From: Candidatus Eiseniibacteriota bacterium
GTDB lineage: Bacteria; Eisenbacteria; RBG-16-71-46; CAVPCR01
Assembly: GCA_963702435.1 (NCBI GenBank)
Contig: CAVPCR010000004.1
Span: forward strand, 352,001 to 416,000
Direction: 5' to 3'
DNA length: 64,000 bases
In this document: in pieces, positions 14,265 through 25,779 of the stretch
How the letters are laid out: each line of letters starts with the position of its first letter
Numbering within the stretch: the stretch's first letter is position 1
Notes under the pieces: model-generated
What the model was told of the DNA's origin: nothing
The model's input: only the letters and a program-made list of their open reading frames with translations
Database searches by the model: none
Program-made: the position numbers and the translations under genes

Positions 14265-15485
14265 ATGAAGCGAATCCTGTTCGTGGATGATGAGCAATAC
14301 GTCCTCGACGACCTGCGGGCCGTCCTGTACCCCCTCCGCGCGCAGTGGGAGCTCGCGTTCGTCGACAGCGGGGAGAAGGCGCTGTCGGAGCTCGCGACCT
14401 CGCCCTATGACGTGATCGTGGCCGACATGCGGATGCCGGGGATGGATGGCCCGACCTTGCTCGGACAGGTGCAGGACCGGCACTCGGGTGTCATTCGCAT
14501 CGCGTTCTCCGAACAGGCCGAGATGGAGGCGACGCTCTGCGCGGCGACCGTGGCCCACCAGTTCCTGGCCAAGCCGTGCGATGCGAAGATGCTCGAGAAT
14601 GTGGTCGAGCGCGCCAGTCAGCTGCGGATGCTCATCAGCGATGACTCGGTGCGGCAGATAGTCGGCAAGGTGCAAAGGCTCCCGACGCCGCCCCGGCTGT
14701 ACTTCGAGCTGATGGCGATACTCGAGAAGGAGCAAGCCGGCGTGGCCGAGGTGGCCGGCGTGATCGAGTGCGACCCGCCCATGGTGGCCAAGGTGTTGCA
14801 GCTCGTGAACTCGGCCTTCTTTGGCCTGCGCCGCGAGGTCTCCAGTATCGACCAGGCGATCATGTATCTGGGCACCAACCTGATCAAGGATCTGGCTGTC
14901 GTCGCCCATGTCTTCAGCCCGGGAGGTCGCAAGGACGCCGCAGAAGCACTGGAGACCATGCAAAGGCACTCCTTGATCGTGGGCAACATCGCGCGGCGAA
15001 TGGTGGACCCGAAGATGTCCGACGATGTCTTCATCGCCGGCATCCTGCACGACATCGGGAAGGTGATCCTGCTCACCGAACGGCCGCAGGACCTCGCCCG
15101 GATCATCGCCCGCGCCCGGGAAGAGGATCGCCCCGCGGTCGATATCGAGAAGGACGAGCTGGGAGTGACCCATGCCGAGATCGGGGCCTACCTCCTGGGC
15201 ATCTGGGGACTGCCATACCCGGTGATCGAGGCCACCGCCAACCACCATACCCCGTCCCGCGCCTCCCTGCCGGCGGGCCCCAGCGTGCTCGCTGCCGTCT
15301 ACACGGCGAATGTGCTTGTTCACGAGCAGGAGCGGGCGGCCGGTAGCAGTGATCTTCCGTTTGCCCCTCTCGATGAACGGTACTTGCAGCGGATGGGTCT
15401 TCACGACCGGTTGCTGGAGTGGCGCGAGATCACCGAGCTCGTGATGCAGGCATTCGTCACCGGAAGCGAGCCGGACTTCGCGTGA
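14265..15485 (+). CDS. Response regulator with HDOD domain
   Basis: MKRILFVDDE..DMRMPGMDG..FLAKP receiver; LPTPP, DPPMVAKVLQLVNSAFFG, GILHDIGK and HAEIGAYLL..WGLP. Confidence 0.92.
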   Translation: MKRILFVDDEQYVLDDLRAVLYPLRAQWELAFVDSGEKALSELATSPYDVIVADMRMPGMDGPTLLGQVQDRHSGVIRIAFSEQAEMEATLCAATVAHQFLAKPCDAKMLENVVERASQLRMLISDDSVRQIVGKVQRLPTPPRLYFELMAILEKEQAGVAEVAGVIECDPPMVAKVLQLVNSAFFGLRREVSSIDQAIMYLGTNLIKDLAVVAHVFSPGGRKDAAEALETMQRHSLIVGNIARRMVDPKMSDDVFIAGILHDIGKVILLTERPQDLARIIARAREEDRPAVDIEKDELGVTHAEIGAYLLGIWGLPYPVIEATANHHTPSRASLPAGPSVLAAVYTANVLVHEQERAAGSSDLPFAPLDERYLQRMGLHDRLLEWREITELVMQAFVTGSEPDFA

Positions 15486-15522
15486 CCGCGGCGCGCGACC
15501 GGCGTGCGCGACCGGCGTGCCG

Positions 15523-16317
15523 CTACGCCGTGAACAGCGCTTCCTCGTAGCTCCCGATCGGCGCAAACCCCAGCCGCTCGTAGCAGGCGATGGCGGCGGC
15601 GTTCCCGGCCGCGACGTTCAGTCCGATGTGATCCGTGGTTGCGAGGAGCGAGCTGATCAGACGGGCCGAGGCGACTCGCGCCAGGCCGCGCCCGCGGCGG
15701 CCGGGGCGCGTCGTCACGTTGCCAAGCGCGGCCACGCGGTGACGCGCCGAGTAGACGTGCACGCCCGCCACGCTCACGAGATCGGATCCTTCCCGGATGC
15801 CGAAGTACTGCCCCGTCTCGAGCATGCGCGCATCGAACCAGTTGCCTGGATAGCTCGCACGATACAGCGCCTCGAGCGCAGGGCGGTCGGCTGGCGTCAA
15901 CTGCACGGCGGCCGCGCTGTTCACGGCGAGTGCGCGTGCGGGGTCGCGAAGCGCCATCTTCCAGTGCGTCCCGTGCGGCTCGGCCCGGTAGGCGGGGACC
16001 AGCGCGCGCGAGAGGTCGCCGCTCAGATGGGAATAGAAGCGCGGCGGAAGCTCGGGGCGGATCGCCGCGAGGAGTTCGGCGAGGTCCGCGAGCGGCGGGG
16101 CGGAGAGGGCGAGGAGGACGGGCAGGTCGGTCGCGTGATAGAGGAGCGCCACCGCGGCGAGATCTCCGCGGTCGCCGTGCGCGCGGAGGCCGAACCAGGT
16201 CGTGTGCGGCCAGAAGAAGTCGTCGAGATCGCCGATCTCGTAGAGATGAAGGAAGATGTCGCGGCGGAGGAACGCTGCGATCTCTTCTCTGTCCCTCAGG
16301 CGCTCGGCGGAGGTCAC
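15523..16317 (-). CDS. GNAT family N-acetyltransferase (FR47-like)
   Basis: VAALGNVTT.P..RGRGLA and LNV..GN.AAI.CYERLGF motifs. Confidence 0.85.
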   Translation of the reverse strand: MTSAERLRDREEIAAFLRRDIFLHLYEIGDLDDFFWPHTTWFGLRAHGDRGDLAAVALLYHATDLPVLLALSAPPLADLAELLAAIRPELPPRFYSHLSGDLSRALVPAYRAEPHGTHWKMALRDPARALAVNSAAAVQLTPADRPALEALYRASYPGNWFDARMLETGQYFGIREGSDLVSVAGVHVYSARHRVAALGNVTTRPGRRGRGLARVASARLISSLLATTDHIGLNVAAGNAAAIACYERLGFAPIGSYEEALFTA

Positions 16318-16495
16318 CGATCGTAACGCGCCTTGACGCGCCCCCGGGTTGCGCTCGAGACCGGAACAGCCGGCGAAGGGCAAATCTGGAAATAGCCTCC
16401 CACCGGGGGCACGGATTCGAAGATCCACTCGGACGCGCCCGGATGCCAATCGAGCGTCGTGATCCCGTGGTTCCCGTTGTAGCGGCCATCATGTC
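16314..16495 (-). pseudogene. Probable 3' remnant of a secreted protein with a TWGxxKAxY-like tail
   Basis: Reads ..CPSPAVPVSSATRGRVKARYDR*; R (CGG) is one base from W (TGG); the stop overlaps the GNAT GTG start. 5' boundary approximate. Confidence 0.45.
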
Positions 16496-16534
16496 GCAGG
16501 CGCCGGCAACGCAAGGGTCGGTGTTCGTTGCCCG

Positions 16535-17317
16535 CTACGAGTCTGGCCCGTAGTCGCGCCCGTGCGGATCGCGCCAGCCAGGCGCAGTCGCCGGCGCTTC
16601 GAGCGGCGAGGAGCCCGCGCGCCCCCCGCCCGCGCCCGATCCCGTCACGGCGCGCCCATAAGGAGGCGGCGGCCCTTCCTCGCCCTCGCCGCCGGCGTGG
16701 GAGATCCGGGGCATGCGCGGCGTCGGCGTCTCGTCGCGCGCCGCCGCGTTCCGCCGGCGCGCGGCGAGTTCCGGGAAGCGGATGCGCACCACCTCGTCCA
16801 CCAGGCGCACGCGCTCCTGCATCGCGAGGGTGGACACGGTGATGTAGGGGATGGCGTACATCTCGAGCAGCAGCTTGACCATGCCGTCGATGAGGACGAC
16901 GTCCTCCCAGCGCAGCGCCGCGCGCACGCCGTCCGACTGGACGAGGTCGGGATGCGGTCGCACGAAGAAGACGAGCCCGCCCGCCACCCAGCGCATGTAC
17001 TCGTCGAGGGCCGGATCGCGGAACAGGTCGGCCATCACCGTGCCGTGATTCGCAGTGTAGGCGAGGTTGCAGAAGGCGCGGTCGGAGACGAAGGCATCGC
17101 CGAGATCGCGTTCGGCCTCGATCTGCCGGCGGAACACCGCGAGCTGGTACTTGTTCACGAGATCCACGTTCGAGCGCAGGCGGTCGAGGCTCACCTCCAT
17201 CTCGGCCAGGATCGAGCGGGCGACCTCGCTGATCAGCTTGAGGCCGTAGCGATCGCGCACGTAGCGGGCGAGCGTGGTCTTGCCGGTGGCATGCGCGCCG
17301 ACGAAGTAGATGCGCAT
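16535..17317 (-). CDS. P-loop NTPase/kinase (AAA_28, NadR/Ttd14-like)
   Basis: MRIYFVGAHATGKTTLA, ISEVARSIL, FVSDRAFCNLAY and DGVR motifs. Confidence 0.8.
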   Translation of the reverse strand: MRIYFVGAHATGKTTLARYVRDRYGLKLISEVARSILAEMEVSLDRLRSNVDLVNKYQLAVFRRQIEAERDLGDAFVSDRAFCNLAYTANHGTVMADLFRDPALDEYMRWVAGGLVFFVRPHPDLVQSDGVRAALRWEDVVLIDGMVKLLLEMYAIPYITVSTLAMQERVRLVDEVVRIRFPELAARRRNAAARDETPTPRMPRISHAGGEGEEGPPPPYGRAVTGSGAGGGRAGSSPLEAPATAPGWRDPHGRDYGPDS

Positions 17318-17856
17318 GGCGCGGCGCGGATCGCCCGTGCGGGGCGATAGGTCGGGTCCGATCGGATGTGCTGCCATCGGCAAGTCTCCGGACACGAGGG
17401 CTTCACGGGCGGGGGAGTGGAGCGGGTGCCCGAGTCGAGCGGCGCATCGTAACACGACCCGGCTCGCCTCGGCGCGGGGCCCGGGCCGTCGCTCACCGCC
17501 GCCGATTTTTCGAAAAAGCCCGCCGGCGCCTTCCGTTCTTGGTACTGCGACGAGAGCGATGCCAGGAACCAGGACCTCCTTGGATGCCAGTCGCTGGTGG
17601 GTCACCCGGGGCCGGCGTCGTCTCTCCGGGGAAGCGGGCAGGTGGGGTCAATTGGGGGAGCCCTGCCGCCCGCCGCTCGCGGCCTCGGGTTTGCGCCCGG
17701 CCAGCCATCCTCGAAGCGAGCGCCCAGGGGAGACGACGTCGGCCCCGGGCCTTTCCATCCGCCCGCCCGGTGCCCGCCCGTCTCGAGAAGCTAATCATTA
17801 GGTTAGTTTCGAGCCGCCTTCTGCCGCGCTACCTTCCTGCCGCCGCGCCGCCGGCC

Positions 17857-17886
17857 TTGACAGCCGTTCGCGGCCCTTCCTAGACT
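17857..17886 (+). promoter_or_regulatory. Sigma70 promoter of the ABC operon
   Basis: TTGACA-N18-TAGACT, ~150 nt upstream of the ATG at 18034. Confidence 0.55.
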
Positions 17887-18033
17887 CCCCGCCTCAATCG
17901 ACAGCGCGCTCGGAACGCGAAGGCCGAACCGGGCCGCGCCTGCGGCCCAGGCGACCAGCTCGCGATCTCCCGGCGACCCGGTCACCCCCTTCCGGGCCAG
18001 AGCAGCGCGCGCTTCCCAGCCAAGAAGAAACCC

Positions 18034-19022
<989 letters not shown>

Positions 19023-19026
<4 letters not shown>

Positions 19027-19736
19027 ACACGATCCTCGCCATCTTCAAGCGGGAGTTCAAGAGCTACTTCCGCTCGCCCATCGCCTACATCTTCATCTGC
19101 GCCTTCCAGGGCCTGTCGGCCTGGTTCTTCTACCAGACCTTCTTCGTGCTCGATCAGGCGTCGATGCGCAACTACTTCGACATCCTGCCCTGGATCTTCC
19201 TCCTCTTCGTGCCCCTCGTCACCATGCGGCTGTGGGCCGAGGAGCGGAAGATGGGGACCATGGAAGTGCTGATGACGCTGCCCGTGCGCGATCACGAGGC
19301 AGTCCTCGGCAAGTACCTGGCGAGCATCGCCTTCCTCGCCGTCGCCCTCGCCCTGACCATCCCCATCCCGCTCACGGTGGCCTGGCTCGGGGATCCCGAC
19401 ATCGGGGTGATGGCGGCCGGCTATATCGGGAGCCTGCTCATGGGTGCCGCCTACCTCGCCATCGGGATCTTCATCTCGAGCATGAGCTCGAACCAGATCG
19501 TGGCCGCCATCCTCGGCATGCTCCTTTGCTTCATCCTCTTCTTCATCGGCAACGATCTGGTGCTGTTCAGCGCGCCGAAGGCGCTGGTGCCGCTCCTCGA
19601 TTACCTCGGGCTCGGCAACCACTTCGACTCGATCGGGCGCGGAGTTCTCGACTCGCGCGACCTGATCTACTACCTGTCGGTGATCGTCTTCTTCCTCTTC
19701 CTGAACGTCCGTGTGATCGAGACGCGGAAGGCCTAG
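19023..19736 (+). CDS. ABC-2 transporter permease (GldF-like)
   Basis: KREFKSYF.SPIAY, TMRLWAEERK.GT.E.L.TLP and RGVLD.RD..YY motifs; ATGA overlap. Confidence 0.92.
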
Positions 19737-19769
19737 CGGACCCCTCCGGAACGTTACGAGGTCGAACCC

Positions 19770-21437
19770 ATGAGCTCGCGCAATGTCAAGGCCGGACGGA
19801 ACGCGGTGATCGCGTCGCTCCTTTTCCTGGCCATCCTGGTCATCGTCAACTTCCTCGCCGCCAAGAGCTTCTTCCGCATCGACCTGACCGCGAACAAGGA
19901 GTTCACGATCTCGCCCGCGACCAGGGCCATCCTCGGACGCATGGACGACATCGTGAACCTGAAGGTCTACTTCTCGAAGGACTTGCCGTCCTACCTGGCG
20001 ACCCTCGAGGGCGAGGTGGCCGACCTCCTCGACGAGTTCCGGGCCTACGCCAAGGGCAACCTGGTCGTCGACTTCGAGGATCCGTCCGCCGACACCGCGG
20101 TCGAGGAGCGAGTGCGCCGGCTCGGTATCCCGCAGATCCAGCTCGACGTGATCCAGAGCGACAGCCGCTCGATCCAGAACGCCTACCTCGGCATGGCGGC
20201 CCTCTACGAGGACCGGAGCGAGACCATCCCGGTCGTCTACTCGACCGAGAACCTCGAGTACGAGCTGGCCTCGTCGATCGTGAAGGTGCTCGAGAAGGAG
20301 CAGAAGGTCGTCGGCTTCCTGACCGGGCACGGCGAGCCGGGGTTGCAGGAGCAGTACGACGGCGTCCGCCAGACGATCGAGAAGCAGTACCTGGTCCAGC
20401 CTGTCGATCTTGAGGGCGGGCGGGCGCCGGTGCCGGCGAACGTGAAGGTGCTCGTCATCGCCGGCTCCGTGGACATCACCGAGCGCGAGAAGTACCTGAT
20501 CGACCAGTACCTGATGGGTGGCGGGCGGCTCGTGGTGCTCGAGGACGCATTCCAGCTCGTCGGCGGCCAGCTCCAGGCCCGACCGATCCGCTCCGGGCTC
20601 GAGAACCTGCTCCCCGCCTACGGGGCGCGCGTCGAAGAGGAGATCGCGCTCGAGATCCCGCCGCGCTCGGCGACAGCCGGCTTCACCTCCGGGTTCATGC
20701 GTTTCATGGTGCGCTATCCCCTCTGGCCGATGATCGCCAAGGAGGGCTTGAGCCAGGAGAACCCGGTGGTGAGCAAGCTCGAGAGCCTGATCCTGCCGTG
20801 GGTGAGCCCGATCTCCGAGTCCGACATGAAGCCCGCCGGGGTCACCTTCCAGAAGCTCGCCTGGACCTCGGATCAGGCCTGGACCATGAGCGGTTTCTAC
20901 GACCTGAACCCGCAGCAGGAATGGCAGCGTCCCCCCGAGAAGATCAAGAGCTACACGGTGGCGGCGGCTCTCACCGGCAAGTTCAGGAGCTACTTCGCCG
21001 ACAGGGAGGTGCCGGCGGCGCCCGCCGACACCATGCCCGGCGCCGCGCCGGTCCCGCCCGATGCGCCGAAGCTCACGGAGAGCCCGGATACGCAGATCCT
21101 CGTCGTCGGGACCTCGCACTTCATCACCGCCAACTTCCTGACCCAGTACCCGGGCAACGTCACCTTCTTCCAGAACGCGCTCGACTGGATGGCGCTCGGG
21201 AACGATCTCATCGCGATCCGTTCGCGGGCGGTGAGCGACCGGCCGCTCAAGCCGGAGATCCAGATGGACGAGGCGGCGCGCAAGCGCGACGCCATCAAGT
21301 ACGCGGGCATCTTCGGCATGCCGATCCTGCTCACCCTCTTCGGCGTGAGCCAGTGGATGGCGCGGCGGCGCGCGAAGCAGGCATTCGAGACCTCGCTGCG
21401 CGGGCCGCGACCGGACGACAGACCAGAAGGATCGTAG
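19770..21437 (+). CDS. GldG-family ABC auxiliary protein
   Basis: RIDLT.NK.FTIS..T, NLEYEL.S.I, FLTGHGE, IDQYLMGGG and N..FFQNALDW..G...LIAIRSR motifs. Confidence 0.9.
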   Translation: MSSRNVKAGRNAVIASLLFLAILVIVNFLAAKSFFRIDLTANKEFTISPATRAILGRMDDIVNLKVYFSKDLPSYLATLEGEVADLLDEFRAYAKGNLVVDFEDPSADTAVEERVRRLGIPQIQLDVIQSDSRSIQNAYLGMAALYEDRSETIPVVYSTENLEYELASSIVKVLEKEQKVVGFLTGHGEPGLQEQYDGVRQTIEKQYLVQPVDLEGGRAPVPANVKVLVIAGSVDITEREKYLIDQYLMGGGRLVVLEDAFQLVGGQLQARPIRSGLENLLPAYGARVEEEIALEIPPRSATAGFTSGFMRFMVRYPLWPMIAKEGLSQENPVVSKLESLILPWVSPISESDMKPAGVTFQKLAWTSDQAWTMSGFYDLNPQQEWQRPPEKIKSYTVAAALTGKFRSYFADREVPAAPADTMPGAAPVPPDAPKLTESPDTQILVVGTSHFITANFLTQYPGNVTFFQNALDWMALGNDLIAIRSRAVSDRPLKPEIQMDEAARKRDAIKYAGIFGMPILLTLFGVSQWMARRRAKQAFETSLRGPRPDDRPEGS

Positions 21438-21451
21438 GGGAGGCGATCGCC

Positions 21452-22441
21452 ATGGAAGCCAAACACATGCGCAACATGGCCCTCGTGCTCGTTGCCCTGG
21501 TCCTCGTCGCCCTCGTTCTCGAGCGGCCGTGGTCGCGCCGGGGCCCGGGCAACGACGAGCGGCTCTATCCCGACTACAAGGCGGAGAAGATCGATCGCAT
21601 CCGCATCGTGAACCGCGCCGATACGGTCGATCTGGTCCGCCGCGACGACGTGTGGCTCGTCGACGGACCGCGTCCTCTCCCCGCCGACACGGCGATGATC
21701 AACCGGGCGCTCGAGTCGGTCGTCAAGTTCGAGACGACGCAGCTCGTCTCGAAGAACACGAGCAAGTTCGAGGTCTTCCAGGTCGATTCGACGAGCGCCG
21801 CCCATGTCGAGCTCTATGCCGGCGGCGACCGGCCGGTCGTGGGCGTGCTTATCGGCAAGATGACGCCGGACGGCGGCACCTACTTCCGGCCGGCCGGGGA
21901 GGACAAGGTCTACTCGGCTCCCGATCGCGTGCGCGTGTACTTCGCGCGCGGCTCGCGGCAATGGCCCGATCGCAAGATCTTTGCGGCCGATCCGACGACC
22001 ATCACCAAGCTCACGATCGTGCGTGGCGACTCGACCATCGTGTTCGAGAAGGGAACGGACGGGACCTGGGCGCTCAAGCAGCCGCTCGCCTTCCCGGTCA
22101 AGACCGAGGAGCTGGACCAGCTCGTGCGGACTGCGGCCACCCTCACCGCGACGAGCTTCCCGGATTCCGAGGTGACGGTCGCCGCCGCGGGCCTCGACCG
22201 GCCGGCGCTGCGCGTCAAGGCGGAGCGCCTCGACGGCGTCGCGAGCGAGCTCCTGGTCGGAGCCTCGTCCGCGAACAACCTCTACTACGCGAAGGCGGCC
22301 GACCGCGACTGGATCTACATGCTCGGCGCCTACCAGCGCGACCTCTTCTACAAGGACCTCCTGAGTCTCAAGGCGGAGACGCCGCCGCCGGCCGCTCCAT
22401 CCGATACCACGAGCGCCGGACGGCCCGGTGATTCCGGCTAG
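21452..22441 (+). CDS. DUF4340-like protein
   Basis: N-terminal TM and two repeated units (..W....P.....GLD.P...L.VG....YAK); usual position after a GldG-like gene. Confidence 0.75.
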   Translation: MEAKHMRNMALVLVALVLVALVLERPWSRRGPGNDERLYPDYKAEKIDRIRIVNRADTVDLVRRDDVWLVDGPRPLPADTAMINRALESVVKFETTQLVSKNTSKFEVFQVDSTSAAHVELYAGGDRPVVGVLIGKMTPDGGTYFRPAGEDKVYSAPDRVRVYFARGSRQWPDRKIFAADPTTITKLTIVRGDSTIVFEKGTDGTWALKQPLAFPVKTEELDQLVRTAATLTATSFPDSEVTVAAAGLDRPALRVKAERLDGVASELLVGASSANNLYYAKAADRDWIYMLGAYQRDLFYKDLLSLKAETPPPAAPSDTTSAGRPGDSG

Positions 22442-23711
22442 CGCGATCGAGCGCCAGCGCTCTCGCCGCCGCGGATCACGCGGCCCGGTGCTCGCCGTCC
22501 TCGCGGCGGTGGCGCTCGCGGGAGTCGCGCTCGGGTTCGCCGCCGCACCGTGCGCGGCGGCCGAGCCGCCGCGGCATGCCGAGCCGCCGCGGCGCGCGGT
22601 CGCCGACTCGACGCTCGCGCGGCTCGACGCAGAGGCCGGCGCTGCCCTTGCCGCGCGCGATCTCGCGGCGATCTTCCGGGTCGGCGATGAGGCGCGGCTT
22701 CTCCCGCCCGGACACGGCACCCCGCGGACCGAGCTCGCCGCCGGGATCGCCGACGTGCGCGCGCACGATCTCGCTGGCGCCGTCGCCCGCTTCCGGGCGG
22801 TGAGCCCGGCGGGGCTCGTCCTCGTCATCCTCGGGCTCGCCGGCCTCGCCGTGCTCCTCGGTGTCACGCTCTACGGCCCGGTCGCGGCCTGCGTGTGGGT
22901 GGCGGGCGAGCGCTGGCGGCAGACCGCGCTCACGCCGTTCGCCGCGGCAGACACTGCCCTCTTACCCATCAGGAACCGCGTCTCGTGGCGCGCGCCGCTC
23001 GGTCTCCGGGCGGGACTCCTCCTCACGGTGGCCGATGATGCGATCGGCCTCCTCGCCGCCTTCGCCCTCGCCTGGCTTGTCTACGGCTCGCCGGGCGCCG
23101 TGCTCGCGATCGAGACGGCGACCCGCGCCGGCGCCATCTCGACCCTCGCCGGCACCGCGGCCGGGAACCTCGGCGCGCTGCTCGTGACCGCGCTGCTCCT
23201 TCGTGCGCGCGGCGCGGGTGTCCGCGCCGCGGGGTTCGTGCCGGTCCCCGTCGCGCGCACCCTCATGATCGCAGCCGGTCTTGCGCTGCCGCTGCTCTTC
23301 CTCTCCGCGGCGCACGATCTCCTGTTCGTGAAGGTCATGGGGCGTGAGCCGCACTCGAACGCGGAGCCGATCCTCGAGTTGCTGCTCGGCCCGACGGGAG
23401 GCTGGCTCGGGCTCGCCGCGACCATCCTGACCGTCGCCGTCAGCGCGCCCATCGTCGAGGAGGTGGTCTACCGCGGGGTCGTTTACCGCGCCTTCCGCGA
23501 TCGTGCCGGCGTGCCGCTCGCCATCCTCGCCTCGGGGTTCGTGTTCGCGATCGCCCACCTCGAGGTGGACCACATCCTGCCCCTGTGGTGGATCGGCATG
23601 GCGCTTGCAATGGTCGTCGAGCGCACCGGATCGATCATCCCGGCCATCGCGCTGCACGCGCTCTACAACTCGCTCTCGCTCGGGGTCTACTTGAGCGGGC
23701 GAGGCGGGTGA
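22428..23711 (+). CDS. CPBP (CAAX/Abi) intramembrane glutamic endopeptidase
   Basis: APIVEEVVYRG, FAIAH and HALYN motifs. Confidence 0.88.
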   Translation: MIPASAIERQRSRRRGSRGPVLAVLAAVALAGVALGFAAAPCAAAEPPRHAEPPRRAVADSTLARLDAEAGAALAARDLAAIFRVGDEARLLPPGHGTPRTELAAGIADVRAHDLAGAVARFRAVSPAGLVLVILGLAGLAVLLGVTLYGPVAACVWVAGERWRQTALTPFAAADTALLPIRNRVSWRAPLGLRAGLLLTVADDAIGLLAAFALAWLVYGSPGAVLAIETATRAGAISTLAGTAAGNLGALLVTALLLRARGAGVRAAGFVPVPVARTLMIAAGLALPLLFLSAAHDLLFVKVMGREPHSNAEPILELLLGPTGGWLGLAATILTVAVSAPIVEEVVYRGVVYRAFRDRAGVPLAILASGFVFAIAHLEVDHILPLWWIGMALAMVVERTGSIIPAIALHALYNSLSLGVYLSGRGG

Positions 23712-23736
23712 GGTCGGTTGCGCCCGTGCCTGCGGC

Positions 23737-25779
23737 TCAGCGGTCGACGACGACGACGCGCTGGACCGCCGATTCGGTGCCGGCGGTGAGCTGCAAGAAA
23801 TAGACGCCAGGCGCGAGATCCTGCGCCAAGGCGAAGCGATGGGTGCCGCTCGCCTGCTCGCCGTCGGCGAGCCGCGCGGCGACGCGGCCGGCGACATCCA
23901 CCACGCGGAGCGCGACGCGCCCGGAGCGAGGCAGCGTGTACTCGCCGGCAAAGGGGCCCGGGGCGGGGTTCGGGTGGATCGGCGCGAGACTCAAGGCCAA
24001 CCCGGGCGCGCCCGGCGCGGCGGGGTCGGCGGGCCCGATCGCCACCGGCGGCACCTCGACCGCGCCGCGGAGGATCCAGAAGTACGGGTCGAAGAGGAGC
24101 GCTACCGGTTCGCCGCCCGCGGGCACCGTGAAGGTCTGGACCTCGAGGCTGTCGGCGATCACCGACCACGTCGTGTCTCCGCCGGCCGTCACCACCCCGA
24201 TGTCGATCGGCATCTTGAACGGCGGGGCATCGATCTGCTCCTGCTCGACGTTCAACGTCACCGCCCAGGCGCCGCCGCCCAGGTTCACGGGCAGCCACCA
24301 GTAGGCGTAGAGGGGCTTCCCCGGGTTGTACACCCACTCGGCGAAGAACCAGTCGAGGCTCTGCCCGTGGAGGTTCTCGGCGAGGGTTTGGAAGTCGGCG
24401 GTCACCGCGTTCCCGTAGGCGTACCGGATCGCCCACTCCCGCAGGAGCTGGCTGAAGAGCGCATCGCCCATCACGTGGCGCAGCATGTGCAGCACCCAGG
24501 CGCCCTTCTTGTAGACCGTGCTGCTGAACAGATAGGTGGGGTCGTACACCGGGCCCTGGAACGAACCGACGTCGAGACTCCGCATGTAGTAAACGTAGGC
24601 GGCAAAGCCCTGCTGATCCTCGACCCACACCGCCTCCGAGAAGGTGGCGAAGCCCTCGTTGAGCCAGATGTCCCGCCAGTCGCCGAGCGTGACCAGGTCG
24701 CCCCACCACTGGTGGGCGAGCTCGTGCGCGACCACCCAGTCGTAGGTGTGATCGCCGCGCACGAGCCCCGCCGAGTAGCTCGTGCAGGTCTGATGCTCCA
24801 TGGCCCCGCCCCACTGGAACATGGCCATGCCGTACTTCTCGTCGAGGAACGGGTACTCGCCGAAGCGGGCGGCGAAGGTCTCGATCATGGGAACGGTGAC
24901 GCTCCAGTCCTCCTGGGCCTGCGCTAGCCGCTCCGGATACGAGTAGAAGACGACCGGCATCGGGTCGTGGCCGGGGACGACGTACTCGTCCTGGAAGACG
25001 ACGTAGTTGGTGGCGGTGACGCTCACGAGGTAGGTCGCGATCGGATAGGACTCGACCCAGTGGAACGTGGTCAGGCCGGGGGCCGACGAGGTCTGCCCGA
25101 GGAGCGTGCCGTTCGACGCGACGACCATGGTGTCGGGCACCGTGAAGTGGAGCGTGGCGGTGGCCTTGTCGTTGGGCACGTCCTTGCACGGCCACCAGTT
25201 CCGGGCGTAGGTGGGCTCGGAGAGCGAGGCCACGATCTGGGCGCCGGAATGCAGGCCGAAATCGAACGCGAGGAATCCGCCGACCGCCGGCTGGCCGGCG
25301 TAGGCCACCCGCACGGTGAACGGCTCGCCGGGGGCGAACGAGCGGTCGAGCGTGATGGTGAGGAGATCGTTCGCGTGCGTGTAGGCGAGCGGCGTGCCGT
25401 TGCGATCGACCTGGCTCACGGTCAACGCGTTGTGCAGATCGAGCACGACCATGGCGAGCGCCGGCACCGTGCTCTCGCTCGTCATGGTGAGGAGGCCGGA
25501 CACCGCTTCGGTCGTGAAGTCGATGTCGAGCGCGAGATCGTAGTGGCGGACGTCGAAGTCCTCCTGGCCTTCCGCCGGCTGAAAGCGGTCCGGATCGCGC
25601 AGCAGCTCGAGCGAGTGCTTGGCGTCGATGAGCGGATGCGGTTCCTCGGGAATCGCCATCCCGGCCGTGGCTGATCCGCCCGCGGTCACCGGGAGGAGGA
25701 GCGCCGTGCACAGCAGCGCGCGAGCGGTCCCCCCCGAGTGGAAGAGCCGAGGAACCTTCATGGACGGGAGAACCTCCAT
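23737..25779 (-). CDS. Secreted M1-family metallopeptidase with T9SS/FlgD-like C-terminal domain
   Basis: GGAMEHQT, HELAHQWWGD..WLNEGFAT, YKKGAWVLHMLR and PNP..LAPGVYFL C-terminus. Confidence 0.92.
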   Translation of the reverse strand: MEVLPSMKVPRLFHSGGTARALLCTALLLPVTAGGSATAGMAIPEEPHPLIDAKHSLELLRDPDRFQPAEGQEDFDVRHYDLALDIDFTTEAVSGLLTMTSESTVPALAMVVLDLHNALTVSQVDRNGTPLAYTHANDLLTITLDRSFAPGEPFTVRVAYAGQPAVGGFLAFDFGLHSGAQIVASLSEPTYARNWWPCKDVPNDKATATLHFTVPDTMVVASNGTLLGQTSSAPGLTTFHWVESYPIATYLVSVTATNYVVFQDEYVVPGHDPMPVVFYSYPERLAQAQEDWSVTVPMIETFAARFGEYPFLDEKYGMAMFQWGGAMEHQTCTSYSAGLVRGDHTYDWVVAHELAHQWWGDLVTLGDWRDIWLNEGFATFSEAVWVEDQQGFAAYVYYMRSLDVGSFQGPVYDPTYLFSSTVYKKGAWVLHMLRHVMGDALFSQLLREWAIRYAYGNAVTADFQTLAENLHGQSLDWFFAEWVYNPGKPLYAYWWLPVNLGGGAWAVTLNVEQEQIDAPPFKMPIDIGVVTAGGDTTWSVIADSLEVQTFTVPAGGEPVALLFDPYFWILRGAVEVPPVAIGPADPAAPGAPGLALSLAPIHPNPAPGPFAGEYTLPRSGRVALRVVDVAGRVAARLADGEQASGTHRFALAQDLAPGVYFLQLTAGTESAVQRVVVVDR

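Noticed and set aside
16375..16440. c-di-GMP-I riboswitch (GGCAAA motif)
   Set aside because: Lacks the paired GAAA tetraloop stem and second hairpin; the region reads better as a minus-strand gene remnant.
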